64,000 nt of DNA from Neoconidiobolus thromboides FSU 785. Its lineage: Eukaryota > Fungi > Entomophthoromycota. The translations under genes and the position numbers were made by a program. Shown here piece by piece: positions 38,433 through 52,100 of this stretch. The DNA lies in the NCBI GenBank assembly GCA_025603075.1, contig MU626365.1, positions 1 through 64,000 on the forward strand, read 5' to 3'. Within the stretch, counting starts at the first letter, position 1. Each line of letters starts with the position of its first letter. The notes under the pieces are model-generated. The model was not told the origin of the DNA. It made no database searches and saw nothing but the letters and a program-made list of their open reading frames with translations.

Positions 38433-40224
38433 TTATTCTTTCTTAATCTTTTGTTTCTTATTTTTTAATTTTGCTTTAATAATAGCCATAATAATTGGAG
38501 TAAACGTGGGCAACAATAAAGGCAAAAATAAGGCATAAGAATGGTCAAATGGGAAATATAAGACAGATATCATATCTTTATGAAAGAAAGCTAAATCAGC
38601 ATATTTGAAACTTTTTATAGAATTTAAAAATCCTAATTCTATGAAATTATTCTGAATATTTTGAAATGTAAATTGATGAAATTGTATAGCTTTTATAGCT
38701 AGATCAATAATCTTTTGTTTCACTGGCATATCTGGAATCGTTGGTATTAACTGTTGTAAACTTTGTATAGAATGATAAGATTTAGTTAAACAATAATTAA
38801 TCTTATTATATATAAATTGATGATAAGCTAAAGTGATTCCATATTGTTTATTAAATTGAATTAAATTAAAGAAATTTATTAATTGATATTGAATTGCTTT
38901 AGTTAGTTGTTGTTTATTAATTTCAGTATTTTTATTATTGTTCTGTTTATTTAACAAAGTAATACCACCCCATTGAGGAATTAAAATATTACTTTGTTTC
39001 GATTCAAAAGACATCGGATTGAATTTTTCATCTGGTAAATAAAATAAAAAATGAATTTCTGGATTTAAAGAAATTGAAGATTTTAAATCCCATTCTCCTG
39101 AATTTATAAAATGAGGTAACTGTTCATTGGTTATTATATAATAATCATTTGTTGGATCTAAGATAGGTGTTATTGTTAATGGGGCATAATATTGTATTTG
39201 TAAAGTTATATTGAAGCTGATATAAGGGGATAATAATTTCGTATAAGGAGTAAAATGTTCTTTTTGGTTGGAATTATAAGTATTATATTTATTAATAATA
39301 GTATTAAAATTACCTAATATTAATTTTTCCATTTCGATTAATAATTGATCATTCACTTTGTCTGGTGGATTACCATATAATAAGGTAAATGTTAATAAAT
39401 AATTATCATTGAAATTTAATGAGGTATTAACAGATGTATTCTAAATAATAATATTAAGTTATTAAACTAAAAACTAAAAACTAAAACTACTTCATTATTA
39501 TTATCCTGTAATAAAAAATTGGAAATTTTAGCAATGTGTTGTTTTATTAAATTTTGTAATTGTACTATATAAAAATAAATACTAATAGTAAATTGTAAAC
39601 AAATAATAATTTACCACTGCTAGTTTCCTTAGGTATTAAAAAAATCCAACTGGGTTGATCCAAAATATTGTAATTTTGATTATCCATATTATTTTTAATG
39701 ATAACTTTATCTTCATTAGTGTTAAATACTAATAAATTATATAAAAATCTTCTATTCTCTTGTTTCAATTGTATATATTTATTAATAATATCATGGACCT
39801 TAATATCATCTAAAATCATATTAAAACTTTCTTAATAAGAGATATAAAGCTGCAACTTACCTCCCACGTCTTTTTCATCAATGGTCACACTTTCCTTACT
39901 CTCATTAATAATTAATATATCAGTCCTATCACTTTTAATCTCTACTACTTTATCGAAAAAACCCACTACTTTCCATTCTAGTTTAAACTGGACTTCCTTT
40001 TCCAATTGTTCGAATTTATCTTTTGGAAAAGGTACCCTTTCCACTTTAGTCATAAAATACCATATATTCACTAAGGTAAAGGCCAATATGCTGAATAATA
40101 TAATATTGTATTTTTTGCTTTTTTCTGACAAAAAGGAAGTTAGTACTTATTGAAGGTTAAGAGTTAAAATCAATTAAAAAATACTTTGTCGTTGTAAATC
40201 AGGTGCTATTTCTTGAAGTTTCAT
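38433..40224 (-). CDS. GPI17: GPI transamidase subunit PIG-S/Gpi17
   Basis: N-terminal TM then WYFMTKVERVPFP; ILIPQWGGI; AFFHKDMISVLYFPFDHSYALFLPLLLP. ATG at 40224 found via a short first exon. Confidence 0.88.
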
Positions 40225-40548
40225 TATTCAATTGAAAGTTGAAAATTGAAAATAAATTGAGTGATGTTGATTTTTTAAATATTTTGTAAGTTAAAATAAA
40301 CTGGGAGATAATTCTTGGATCGACCCAAAAGCAACCTATCTCTCTTATTAAAGCTATTTGATTGAGATGACGCCAATTTGAACTTGGTTACCAAGCAAAG
40401 CTGGTCAACTCAAGTAATCTGGAAATAAAAAACAAGGTTATGATTGGCTTAAAGGATATTTAAAAAAAAAATCTAGGATAGAAAATTTCAATGAGAATTT
40501 ATTAAAAAATTTTAAACTCAACTTTGATAACATTGAGAGAATTTCAAG

Positions 40549-42083
40549 ATGCAAGTAAAATTTAAAGACTTAGGAATGAAAGAATTTCTGTTAGAATTAG
40601 AAGGCAGTATGAGTGTTTTAGAAACTAAACAATTGATTGAAAAAGAAAGAGGTTGTTCTGTAGAAGCTCAAAAATTGATTTATAAAGGTAAAGCAACTAT
40701 TTACTTTTTATAAAATAAAGATAAATCAAAATTTAATTTTATAGGGAAAATATTAAATGACACTGAAACCATTGAACAAAGCGGTATCAATGAACAAGGT
40801 TTTGTCGTTTTAATGGTTAAAAAAGTAAGTTCTTTTGTATAAAAAGTAAAAAAATTAATGCTTAATAAAATTATTTAAAAAGATGCCAAAATCAGTTTCA
40901 ACACCAGCAGTTAAACAAGAAACTAGTCAACCTCAAACTAAACCTGAACAAGAAATTAAAGCTGAATCAACTAACGAAACTTCAAGTAATATAAATATTA
41001 ACTCAACCACTGATATTTCAACAAATACTTCTAATACTAATATTAATGATAATTCTTTAGGTAAGATATTTTTTATATATTTTTAAAAAAAAAAGTTAAA
41101 TTAAAATAAATTAAATTAACTTAAATATTTAGTACTTGGAGAACAATTAGAAGGAATGATCAACAATTTCTTAGAAATGGGATTTGATAGAGAACAAATT
41201 GATCAAGCTATGCGTGCTGCTTTTAATAATCCAGAAAGAGCAGCAGAATATCTTTTAAATGTAAACAATTTTAATTTATAAACACTATAATATGCAATAT
41301 TAATTAACATTAGGGTATTCCTGATGAATTGATAGCTGATTTAACATCACAAAATAATGCAGCATCAAGTCAAGTTGGTGAAGAAGCATTATCCAGTGAT
41401 GCCAATACTACTAATGCTACTATTGGTGAAAATCTTAATCGTAAGAATCAATTATTAAACTAATTTTTATATTTTAAAAATATTAATAACTTTTTTAACA
41501 GAAAATTTATTTCAAGCAGCAGCTGAACAAGCCTCTCGAAATCATGGACAAAGAAGTTTTGATACTTTAATTGAATTACGTAATTCACCTCAATTAAGAG
41601 TGATTAGAGAAGCTGTTAGAGAAAATCCCTCCCTTATTCAACCTATTTTACAACAAATGGCACGATCCAATCCAGAGATACTTCATGTAAGAAGATTTAA
41701 TTATTTTTAAAGAGAATATTTTTGATTTATTGTATCAAAGCATATCCAAGAAAATCCAGAATTATTAGCTTTACTTTTGGAAGAAAATTTAGAAGACCTT
41801 GAAATTGTTGAAAATGAAGATGGTGAGCATGGCCAAGGTCAAAATCAACAATTGGCTCAACCTCATCAAATTACTATTACTCAAGAAGAAAATGAAGCTA
41901 TTTTAAGAGTAAGTTATTTTTATTTAATATATAAAATACAATATTAATTGATTAATTAATATCTATTTTTAGCTAGAAGCATTGGGATTTAATCGAGAAA
42001 GAGCTATACAAGCTTATTTTGTTTGTGATAAAAACGAAGAAATTGCAGCCAATTACTTGTTTGATAATCAAGATGAGGATTAA
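40549..42083 (+). CDS. RAD23: UV excision repair / ubiquitin receptor Rad23
   Basis: UBL ([12 protein letters not shown]), UBA1 ([27 protein letters not shown]), XPC-binding domain, UBA2 ([17 protein letters not shown]). Confidence 0.93.
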
Positions 42084-42735
42084 TTTTTAGCGTATCGACA
42101 GTTCTTTATTTTTTTAAAGAAATAGCTTTTTTTCTATTTTTATTAAAAAATTTAATTTTTTTATAAATTATCCTGTGGCTTTATTTTAATTTTGATGTTT
42201 TAGTTGAATTTAATTTTTGGTTGAGAATAGATGTTAGTAAACAAGTGACTAAGTAGTGGTGGATGATATAGCGTATAATTAATAGTAATATTAGTTCTTT
42301 TTTAATTAGTAATTGATAAATAAAATTTAATTTTAGGCTAATTTAATGAACTATTAATCATGAAGAAAAATTAGAGTCAATAGTTAATAATTTTAAAAAA
42401 ATTAAATTATTATAAAATAGAATAATTATTATAAAGTATATATTTTATTACAAAACCAGATAACTAGAAGTTGAGATCTTTAAGTTCCATATTATTTAAA
42501 ACTAAAATATAAATATAACATTATATAATATTTTGTTAGAAAGTGGTATAGATTATGTTAATTTATTCTAATGAATTATAAAATAGTTGGTTAAATATAA
42601 AAACAAGTGGACTTTTCTATTATGCTTTTTTGTCTGATTTATCTAAATATTCAAATATTCAACTTTTGTAAAAATAGCTAAGTTTTTGTTTTTTATATAT
42701 TTTTATTATTGGTTAGTTTTCAATTAAGGACAGAT

Positions 42736-42808
42736 GCCTGATTAGCTCAGTCGGTAGAGCATGAGACTTTTAATCTCAGGGTCATGGGTTCGAGCCCCAT
42801 ATTAGGCT
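42736..42808 (+). tRNA. tRNA-Lys(TTT)
   Basis: GCCTGATTAGCTCAGTCGGTAGAGCATGAGACTTTTAATCTCAGGGTCATGGGTTCGAGCCCCATATTAGGCT. Confidence 0.97.
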
Positions 42809-42980
42809 GATATCTATAAAATTAATTTTATTTTTGATTCATACATGGATTTGTATGCTAACAATGTTACTATAATTAGAAGATACAGTGACCAAACTTT
42901 AATAAAAAATAGTACGATTATTTTTTGTATTGAGATAAATACAAAATTAATCCTTTTTTTAGTTTAGTTCTTGATAAAAA

Positions 42981-44577
42981 ATGGAACCAATTTTATGCTC
43001 TAGCCCAGGAAAAATTATATTATTTGGTGAGCATGCCGTAGTATATGGAAAAGTAAGTCAAATGATTTCAAATAAATAAATAAGTATTTAGCAGTTATTT
43101 TTATTTTAATAGAAAGCTATAGCAGGTAGTATTGATTTAAGAACATATGGACTATTGTTAGGAGATGATGGAATTCAAATAAATTGTCCGGATATTAATT
43201 TAAATCTTAAAGTTAAATTGAATGAATTGCCTTGGTCTCAATTTGAAAGTTATAAAAAGTTATTTAATTTGAATACTATCATAGAAGATGATAACATAGA
43301 ACAAGATATTTTTTTTAGTTTAGGTAAATCAAGTTTATTTTTCATATGGTATAGAATAAAATAAGTTCTATTTTACATTAGTGGACAAAATTACGATTGA
43401 TCCAACAGAGATTGAAAGTTTATTCCAAAATTTGTTATTAAAAGAGTATAGTTTAAGTCAACGTTCAGCTGTTATATGTTTTTATTTTTTAATTACACTT
43501 GTATTTGATTTTAGCGAAGTTCAAAAGTAAATTAAGTTTGTTATAAGTTTATTTCATACTAACCTTAATATAAAGTAATGGCTTTAAAATTCAGATTAAT
43601 TCTAGAATACCAGTAGGTGCAGGCTTAGGTTCCAGTGCTTCTTTTTCAGTTACATTATGTACTTTATTATTAAGTAAAAAATGGAAGAAAATTCAATCAT
43701 TAAATGAAACTATGAAATATTTAATCAATAAAATTAGTTTTTTATTAGAAAAAATAATTCATGGTAATCCGTCGGGATTAGATAATACTGTCTCTTGTTA
43801 TGGTGGCTTTTTATCTTTTAAAAATTTAAAGTTTGAGAATTTAAAATGGTAATTATTTTTAATATAAGTTTAAATAGATTTATTTAATTATTATTTTTTA
43901 AGTAGTTCAAATCAATTTAATATACTAATAAGTAATACTAAAATACCAAGAAATACTAAAATTTTAGTACAAAATGTATTCAAATTATATCAAAAAGTAA
44001 GTTTATTTACTTTCTTCACTTTGTTTATTAATAATAATTTCATAGTATCCATCGATTATTCAACCTATTTTGGATAGTATAGATAATATTTCTAATACTT
44101 TTGAAAAGTTATTAAAAGAATCAAATAATAATAATGATAATATAAATCAACAATTAAAAGTAACTTAAAATAATTATTAATAATCATTTATATTTATTTA
44201 TTTTAATTTAGGACTTAATACCAATTAATCAACAGTTATTAAAAATATTAACCGTATCACATGAACAAATTGAAAAAATTATTGAATTAAGTCAATCTTT
44301 TGATATTGTTACTAAATTAACAGGTGCTGGTGGTGGGGGTTGCACAATTTCTATATTAGATGATAATTCAACTAATAATAATAAATTAATTGATTCATTG
44401 ATTCAAAACAATATTGATGTTTATCCTACTACTTTAGCTGGTAAAGGAGTTACATTTCATTGTTTAAATGGTATTTGATTTACTTATTTATAATTAAATA
44501 TACCTTAATTCTATTTTATTTTAGATAATACAATGAATATAATCAATTATTATAATCAATTAATTAATAAAATCTAA
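42981..44577 (+). CDS. ERG12: Mevalonate kinase
   Basis: SSPGKIILFGEHAVVYGK, PVGAGLGSSAS, IHGNPSGLDN, KLTGAGGGGC (GHMP motifs). Confidence 0.93.
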
Positions 44578-44653
44578 GTATTAAAATTTCAATTAAATCA
44601 AATATATTATTTTTTTAAATCTTTATTTTGTTTTATAATAATATTAATAATAA

Positions 44654-47600
44654 TTAATCAAATTGAAATTCAAATGGTTTTGGTGGCTCATTATTATTAT
44701 TGTTATTATTACTATTACTAGTAGTAGCAGTAGTATTCTGAGTATTAGTATTAGTATTATCTACTACGTCCGTTGGTGAAGATTTATCCTCATCTTCTTC
44801 ATCTAATTAATAAAAACATTTATTAATATTTATTGTAGAATAAAATAAAACATTTTAATTTGATTTAATTTACCTGGATAAAGAAATTCTTCTTCTTCTG
44901 AATCGGATTGATGAACATCATTGAGTACAACAATACCAGTACAATTTTTCTGTTAAAAATAAAAATTAATAAATTAATAAATTTAACTTCATTAATAATA
45001 ATTTACCTGCTTAATTGGGAAGTATCTACCATCCACAGGGAAGAAAAGATATTTAGCTTGAGATGGTAATACTCTTTGCATATTACCAACTGAGTCAAAT
45101 TCAGCTTCAATTTCTTTCTCTTCTTCAATAACATTGATTTTTTCTTTTTCTTCTAATTCATTTTCTTTGACTTCACTTTCTTCTACATTTTCACGCTTTT
45201 TCTTATTACGGCTCTTATATTTAGCAGTAGAAAGTACTGCACTTGGTACTTTTTCAGTTACACTTTCTTGTTGAGCTACCTTAGCTTTACTTGGATAAGC
45301 AAATAAAGAGGGTCGCGCTCTAGAAACAAAATCAAATTTAGGTGCCTAAAATAGAATTATATAAATTATATAAAATTATTAATATATTATTTACTTTAAT
45401 TTCAGAATTAACTCCAATAAAAGTAGTTGGCATAAAACATAAACTCACAAAATGAGTGAATGGGAACCAATACCAAAATTGGGTAAAGATAGCCATACCA
45501 GCAACTGCTGCACTATCAGTAAGTCCCATTTGATTTTGTAAAGATATTCTACAATTTCTACCACCTTGAAAAATAAAAAAATAAATCAAAATAGAAATAA
45601 ATTAAATTAAAATTATTTACCTGCATCAATTAAACCTTGTCCAATAGCTGCACCAAATTTAGTCATAGCAGATTCATGTTTATCAGCTACAGTAGCTTCA
45701 AGTAACTTACGTACTGAAGCTGTTCTGGTATTAGATGATTCATTATGTTGACATAGGATCATTGATAAAGCAATGAGTGCTCCTTGACGTACAAAATCAC
45801 TAGAATCTTTAGTCATCGGTTCTAAAATTTCAATAGCTTCCTATAAATTTAAATTAATTATATTATTACATTATTATATTATTATAATTACCATTAATCC
45901 AGTACCAGCACATGCAATACCTAAAGCTAGTGTAGCACCATAACGAACATGTGGATTATAACTTTCAGAAAGTAATTGAACAGCACGAGGTACTTTTGAT
46001 GGGTCTTTAAACATAATAAAACCAAGGCAAGTAACAGCTGCTTTACGAACATCATCATTGACATCGGATACAGCCACATGAAGTAATTTTTTAATAGCTA
46101 CATTTGAATTGGTACCACAATAAGCTAAACCAATGGTATACATACCACCATATCGAATGATATGATCTTGATCACCCATTAATTTTTCAATTAATACTTC
46201 TGCTTTATCTTCAGAACCATACATAATTAATGCAATTCCAATAGCAATTCCTCGTATAATTTTTTCATGTTGAGTTTCTTGTGCATATCTTAACATTTCT
46301 TCAACTGCAGATTCACTACCTGTACCTAATTTAACAAGTCCCATAGCCACTCCTGCTGCTTCTCCTGCTACTGCTGAATCTGTAAATAAGATTTTTTTAA
46401 GTTCTCCATAAAACTCTTCATTGTCCGTTCCCATAGCTGATACACCTAATCCTAAAGCGGCACCATGTTGAATAATTTCATCTTGAGAAGTTTTCATTAT
46501 ATTAAGAATATATTCTAAATCTTTAGTAAAATGATTGGAGTGAATAAGTCCCATAGCAAATAAGGAACCACCTTCTGAATAGGGTGATCCAGGTGCAGTT
46601 TCATTTGGAAGATATGGAGCAAGTACTGATTTCCAATTTTTAATATTACCCTAAAAATCAATATTAAATATTAATATAAATAATTAATAGTCCGATTTAC
46701 TTTATGCATAACACCAAGACCTGCAGTTGCTGAAAATTTAGACCAATTAGAAGCTCTAGATAACCATTCTAAATTTTGTCTTAAAAAATTATCACAGGTG
46801 GTACCAGCATTCATAAATGCATTTGCAAAAGATACAGCGGAATGATATAAAGAATTACGAGAATCTAAGCAAGTCTATAAAACCAAATTAAAATCATTAT
46901 TAATTAAAATTAATTTTAAAATTAAACTTACTCTTGTACTTTTCAAAATAGCTAAATCAGCTGCATTCGAAGTAGAAAGGAATTTAATTCGAAGTTCAGT
47001 AGGTAATTGACCATTTAAAATGGTAACTAATTGCTTAAACTAATAAAATGAATATACGTAACAACAGCCATATAAACACTGATTACCTTATTATTATTAT
47101 CTTCCATATCATCAGTTTGAACACTAGAAAATTGATCAGCTAATTGTTTTTTGAAATTTTGAGTAGCAGAAGATTCCACATCAAAAGCAATTTGTAAAGC
47201 AAATAAATATTTAATATCTTCTGAAGTGGACATTAAATGTTGAATTAAATCATAACAGCCTTTAACATCATCTAAATAAATATAACATTGAGCTACAGCT
47301 AAATAATCTGGTTGGGCTAAATTTTGGTACGAATTTTTAACCAAATTAATTGTCTAAAAAAATAAAACTTAAATTTTTGATTCATTCTATTTGTAATAAA
47401 TTTTACTTGAATACGAAACTCTTTATCTTCAACTAATTTTAGTGATATGTTTAGAATATATTCTAATAATTGAGCAGTTTCTCCTTCTTTAATAGCTCTT
47501 TCAACAATATCTAATCGGTGACTTTCAAGTGCAATACCAATAGCCTAAAAAAATCAATATAAACCATTTTGTATTTTAATAAATTGAAATTTACTTGTTT

Positions 47601-48183
47601 ATATTCTTTATCTTGTAAACATTTTTCAAACATACGTTCCACCAAATCCAATAATCGCGAGTCTCTTTCTTGAGAGGATTTATTAACCTCAATATAGCGA
47701 TCAATAGCTTTAGCTGATAAAAAAAGTTAATTTTTTAAATTTAAAATTTCTGAGTCTAAATTACATAAAATAGTTTGAACATATTCATTTTTTTCATCAG
47801 GATTAAATTGAGTTCCTGCACCTAATGCGAAGGTTAAAGAATCATCTAACTCACCAAGGAAGTAATAAACCTATTAATTTATTGTTATTATACTATTATC
47901 ATGTCAAATAAAAAATAAATCAATTACTTTTGAAGCGACTAAAGCGGCCAATTCACGCGATTGAAAGCTTTCATCTTCATATAAAACTTCACTAAATAAA
48001 GTTAATTTAATCTTTTAATTCAAAACTCTAGCTATTCACTTACATCTTAGCTACCGACTCTGCAATTTCCGTCCAAAATTGATCGATGATACCATTGAGT
48101 TGATTTAAAGCATAAACTTTTAATTCAATTTCATTCTCTTCTAATAAAGAGATTAAACCACTAGCGGACGTTTGTATACTCAT
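44654..48183 (-). CDS. RPN2: 26S proteasome regulatory subunit Rpn2
   Basis: [12 protein letters not shown]...YALNQLN...FWTEIAE, PC repeats, [33 protein letters not shown]-terminal EPPKPFEF. Confidence 0.96.
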
Positions 48184-48497
48184 TTTTTTCTCTTTTTTAT
48201 TTTAAAAAACTAAAAATCAGAAATTAAGACTATGTTTAATAATTAAAGTTGGCTTCGCTTTTCTATTTGTTGAACTAAGCATAGAGATTGATTGGCTTGA
48301 TGACGTTTTTGATGCTTGAAGAAGTTGGTGAATTTATAAAAGTTGCAAAATTAGAATTATTGAACCCTTTGGATATCATGGATGAATACTGATTATATAA
48401 TTTTCAAATCAAAATTAAATCCTATTGAACTGGGTTCGTCATGAATTTTCATAGGCTAAGCAAAAAGCTATCCTATTAATTAAAAATAATATAGAGA

Positions 48498-48570
48498 AGC
48501 CTAATATGGGGCTCGAACCCATGACCCTGAGATTAAAAGTCTCATGCTCTACCGACTGAGCTAATCAGGC
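48498..48570 (-). tRNA. tRNA-Lys(TTT)
   Basis: Reverse complement identical to 42736-42808. Confidence 0.97.
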
Positions 48571-48826
48571 TTTTGTACAAATTTTATCTAAGAACGTTTG
48601 TATATATATAAATAAACTTGATTTTGATTAATCCCCTTTAGCTTTAAATAATGGTAAATTTTAAGTTTATCAAGTTTTATTGTCTCTCTTTACACTAGTT
48701 TTGATAAAAGCGCTCTATTTATATTTTCTGTTTTATTAAAATTCCTGGGAATGTACTTTTTTGTTTCTTTGTTTATTTAATTTTAAAACGATAATCAGAT
48801 TAAAGTTGACTGTATTAAATTCTAAA

Positions 48827-49377
48827 GTTATAGCTAACTTCAAAGCAAACCTGGCAAAAGCTCAAAACGAATCTAACTGAGCTCACTGTAAGAATAATGG
48901 CGGGTTTTGATTGATTGAATTTGAACTGGCTCAAGTGCGTAAGGATATTTTAGGCTGAAGCTTAATTAAAAATAACTCTCAAACTTTAAGGAATTTTATC
49001 ATTGACTTAAAGGACTATATTAAAATGATATTGTTTAAATTTTTATATAATTTCAAAGCAAAATTTAACTTAAAATTTAACTTAGGATGAAGGATATAAA
49101 TCAAGTTGGTATTTCTTTATTTTTAAATATGTAAAAAATAGTATTATTTTCAATTTTGCTATTTAATTTTAACTAAATCAGTCAAAAAAATTTCATCACA
49201 ATTTTGTTTTTTTATATTATTTTAAGTTATATAATCTCTAAGCTCCAACTTTAGTTGTTTTTATGTATCTCAGTCGATTTAAATAATAAACTAATTTGAT
49301 TGATTGTATTTTTATAGTTTGAGCTCAACCAGATTTATTTTGAGCTTTTATAGAGTTTGTTTTGAAGCTAGTTAAAC
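48827..49377. repeat. Imperfect ~70-bp inverted repeat pair with ~410-bp spacer
   Basis: 48827-48896 versus the reverse complement of 49307-49377: shared CTTCAAA.CAAAC, AAAAGCTCAAAA, AATCT, TGAGCTCA; roughly 75% identity by hand. Confidence 0.65.
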
Positions 49378-50639
49378 TAAAATTAGAAATTATTTTATTT
49401 TATCTGGTACTTTATTACTAAATTATAGTTTTAATATAATATATTTCCAGTATTATGATATTATATAGACTATTTTTACTAAGTATAAAAGTATTATAGT
49501 TGCATTTAGAGCTCTTTATACTCTTTTATAATTTATTTTGAATATTTTAAAATAAGGAATTTAATACAGATTTAGTATACATAATAAAATGTTGCATTAA
49601 TATTAAATTTACAGCTTTATTTTATAGTTTATTTTATTCTAATTTTTTTGTCCAAACCATTAATTATATCAATGTTTTTTATGCTACTTGTTTTGGAGAT
49701 CATAAATACTTTTTTTATCTTCTATAGTAGTGATCTTTGTGTTAGTATAATAAAATTAATAAAGCACATTTATTTAGTTTCAAGGCATCAAATATTTTTT
49801 TCTGAAATGTACTTTTTTGATTTCTAAAATAGTACTAAAAAGTTATTAATAGCAGCAAGATGCATTAAAGGCACTTTTCTACGGTAGAATATTATCTTTA
49901 AATTAATATACTGCCCTTTATATTTAAATATCACTTTAGACTTTAAAACAGTATAAATTCCGGGATGAATTAGCTTAATTTATTTAATCAAACACCTTAG
50001 TTATCTAATTGAATTATAAAACTATACTATAAACAAAATAAATACACTTATCAAATTTAGTATAGTAGGAGTAATATAGTAGTAGTATTAAATGTTTAAA
50101 TGGCCAAAGTAAAATTGACTATAAATTAATAATTCAAACAAATGATTTATTACAATAGATTCATAAGTTATGATAGTATAAGTACTAATTTCATAAGGTA
50201 TTGTAAGAAATTTAATCTATCTAAATTTAGATAAAGTTTTCTTCCTATATGTTGACATTTTAAATTTCTAAACCTTTAGGGGGTAAGTATCAAGTTGATA
50301 ACTTTATAATGAGTTTAAAATTTTTGAAGTATACGAACTAAATCCTATTATCAAAAACGGTAGAGATGCCACAAAAAATACTAGAAAAATAGGGGTTATT
50401 GTTGTTATATTAAATATGATAGAGATCAGATTAAACAACTTGTGATAATAGTATAAAAGCTCAGTTTTATATTTAAATAAGTAAAAATATAAAATTTTTA
50501 TTAGCATACATTCAACTTGGCTTAAAAGAAACTAAAATAGATTGTCAATTCATGATGTTAATAAAAGTTTAAGAGAAATACATAGAGTGATAAAGTCCTT
50601 TTATTAAAATTGAGTGTAAAAAGCTCTTGTTTTTAAATA

Positions 50640-51218
50640 TTAGACCTGTTTCTCTAGTTCATGGGCTTTCATACATTTCTTTGTTGCTAAATGACGATCA
50701 AAAATATCTTTCCTATAAAATCCTATATTGCAAGGTTTACAGTGGTATTTCTGTTTATTAGTATGTGATCCACGGTGACGCTTTAGTACATATTTTCGAT
50801 CAAATATTTTCCCACAAATATCACATTGATAGGACATAGATCGATTTCCTTTATATGATTTTATACTCCACTTTCTATCTCTATTATGACATATTATATC
50901 ATTTATTTTCATAATTGATAGTAAATATGCAAATGGATCAGGGTTATAATATCCGTGGTAAAAGAACTTATAACGTAGGTTTGTTGGAGTAAAATTACTT
51001 TTTAATTCCACCATTTCGGATTCATTGAAGCATGTGTTTGAAGGAACTGATAAAGGGGATAAAGTATAATTGTCAAATACAGGTTCTACAAGGGTGAATG
51101 TAGAATAAGCCTCATTTACATAAGATGTATAATAGGGGTATAAGCTCAGATCAGGAATAAACTCAGGTGAAGTAAGTTGGCTACTTGTATCATCTGTACT
51201 ATATAAGATGTTGTACAT
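50640..51218 (-). CDS. Small intronless zinc-finger transcription factor (C2H2 plus C2HC finger)
   Basis: YQCDICGKIFDRKYVLKRHRGSH-TNKQKYHCKPCNIGFYRKDIFDRHLATKKC. Confidence 0.85.
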   Translation of the reverse strand: MYNILYSTDDTSSQLTSPEFIPDLSLYPYYTSYVNEAYSTFTLVEPVFDNYTLSPLSVPSNTCFNESEMVELKSNFTPTNLRYKFFYHGYYNPDPFAYLLSIMKINDIICHNRDRKWSIKSYKGNRSMSYQCDICGKIFDRKYVLKRHRGSHTNKQKYHCKPCNIGFYRKDIFDRHLATKKCMKAHELEKQV

Positions 51219-51993
51219 TACAAAAGTTTTTTATAGCAATTTAATTAACTCATATTTTAATACTAAACGACATATTTTATAGTATTTGTAATGTTTCAAA
51301 AGAATGTACGCATTATGGTGAGTATACTTTCAATTAAAAAAACTTATTAAAATGCAAATCAAAATACTCTATCCACTTTTAAAATAGTGATATTTATTTT
51401 TATTAATATAAAATGGCAATTATGCCACCTTTGACCCTATAATTATAGTTATATTGTATACTTCATTAGCATAAACAAAGTTTATACTATGTTCAGTAGT
51501 ACAACTATGCTTATATTATAGTTAGTTAATATCTATTTAACATCTAAAATGGTAATTTTTAACAAATACTCCCTTAAAAGTTAATATCCAACCACTGAAT
51601 TCAAATTATTGTTTCATAAATATGAATATTAATAAGAAGTTTAATAGAATTTACAGAAATATTACAATTATAAATTAGTGCGTTTTAATGCAAGAATGCG
51701 ATAATAGTAATATTACTTTTAAACGTATCATCATTTTAATAATTAATTATTAAACTTTAATTAGTATTATACAAATGAGTATTTATCAAAAAATAATACA
51801 TTTTACTTTAAATTAGGTAATTTATCTTCAGAAAGAACTTTATTTATATTTTTGCCACAACGGATAGTATATGATTATCTCAGCATTAATTATTTTCATA
51901 AAGCACATAAGGTCAAAGAATAAAATGAAAAATAAACAAAGTAGCCAATTCTTACAAATCTCGTAAAGTAAGTGGAATGATATTATATACTAA

Positions 51994-52100
51994 CATGGGG
52001 TGGGCGTATTTTTTGTCCAAGGATTTTACTAACAATCTTTCTGCTCAAATAGTGCTTAAAAAAGAGCAAAAGTGATGAAATCGAAAAAACATCCCCATAT
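51994..52100 (-). mobile_element. MITE copy
   Basis: GGGGTGGGCGTATTTTTT...GCTCAAATAGTGCTTAAAA...AACATCCCC|ATAT. Confidence 0.8.

Noticed and set aside
40364-48307. Shared TGATTGGCTT and GATGACG in the RAD23 and RPN2 promoters
   Set aside because: ATTGG (CCAAT-box) words occur in many promoters here, so it is not proteasome-specific evidence.
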